In this document: positions 63,692-64,000 of the stretch, piece by piece | Numbering within the stretch: the first letter of the stretch is position 1 | How the letters are laid out: every line of letters starts with the position of its first letter | Source of the DNA: Mustelus asterias | Lineage: Eukaryota | DNA: 64,000 nucleotides | Assembly: GCF_964213995.1 (NCBI RefSeq) | Contig: NC_135830.1 | Span: 5,208,001 to 5,272,000, forward strand | Reading direction: 5' to 3' | Made by a program: the position numbers and the translations under genes | Notes under the pieces: generated by a model | Database searches by the model: none | Told to the model about the DNA's origin: nothing | What the model saw: only the letters and a program-made list of their open reading frames with translations

Positions 63692-64000
63692 TCAATCCTG
63701 GATGTGATTAACAGCTGCAGTAACTGCAAAATCCAACTCCTGCAGGCAATTGTGAACTTGCAGATGTGTCAGCAAGTGGGATGACCGAGTTTATCCCTTC
63801 CCACACACAGAGCAGGTGAATGGCCTCTCCCCAGTGTGGGTGAGCTCATGTAAATGCAGGCTGCCAGACTGAGTGAATCCCTTCCCACACATGGAGCAAG
63901 TGAATGGTCTCTCCCCAGTGTGAGTGCGTTGATGAGCAGTGAGGATTGATAACTGCCTGAAACTCTTTCCACAGTATGTGCAAATAAATGGCTTCTCCTC
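63692..64000 (-). CDS. Z10: 3' end of a C2H2 zinc-finger gene continuing beyond the window, with a premature TAA in the last finger
   Basis: [13 protein letters not shown]...CSMCGKGF...[20 protein letters not shown]...AVNHIQD*. Confidence 0.8.

Overview
This is eukaryotic DNA from a cartilaginous fish (shark). The assignment is inferred from the repeat content: HE1-type V-SINEs, SacSINE1-type Deu-SINEs, and CR1, Rex1 and Tx1 LINEs. The window is a dense cluster of ten tandem C2H2 zinc-finger loci (Z1-Z10) on both strands. Six look intact, two carry frameshifts (Z4, Z6), one is a pseudogene (Z8) and one is cut by the window edge (Z10). None shows a KRAB, SCAN or BTB effector domain. The genes are built from shared modules: a CpG-rich, often bidirectional promoter (NRF1/CCAAT/GC-box/YY1-like motifs and, in four copies, a conserved palindrome), a conserved splice-acceptor cassette, the finger array, and a conserved C-terminal or 3' tail (LDS...A[VL]N[HY]IQD). 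The cluster grew by inverted segmental duplications (about 2.7-5.3 kb vs 13.4-15.8 kb; about 41.2-45.6 kb vs 53.5-57.1 kb) with rapid finger gain, loss and shuffling. The most unusual signals are: (1) two families of Penelope-like repeats carrying degenerate hammerhead-ribozyme cores, one arranged as a back-to-back palindrome; (2) a stop codon that toggles in front of a conserved in-frame tail; (3) fossil zinc fingers acting as 5'UTR, with a new ATG born from a TGEKP linker; (4) a templated inverted insertion that creates a long hairpin in a ZNF pseudogene; (5) a Tx1 5' end abutting a tRNA-Val pseudogene. All alignments were done by eye, repeat boundaries are approximate, and no prokaryotic features or CRISPR arrays are present.
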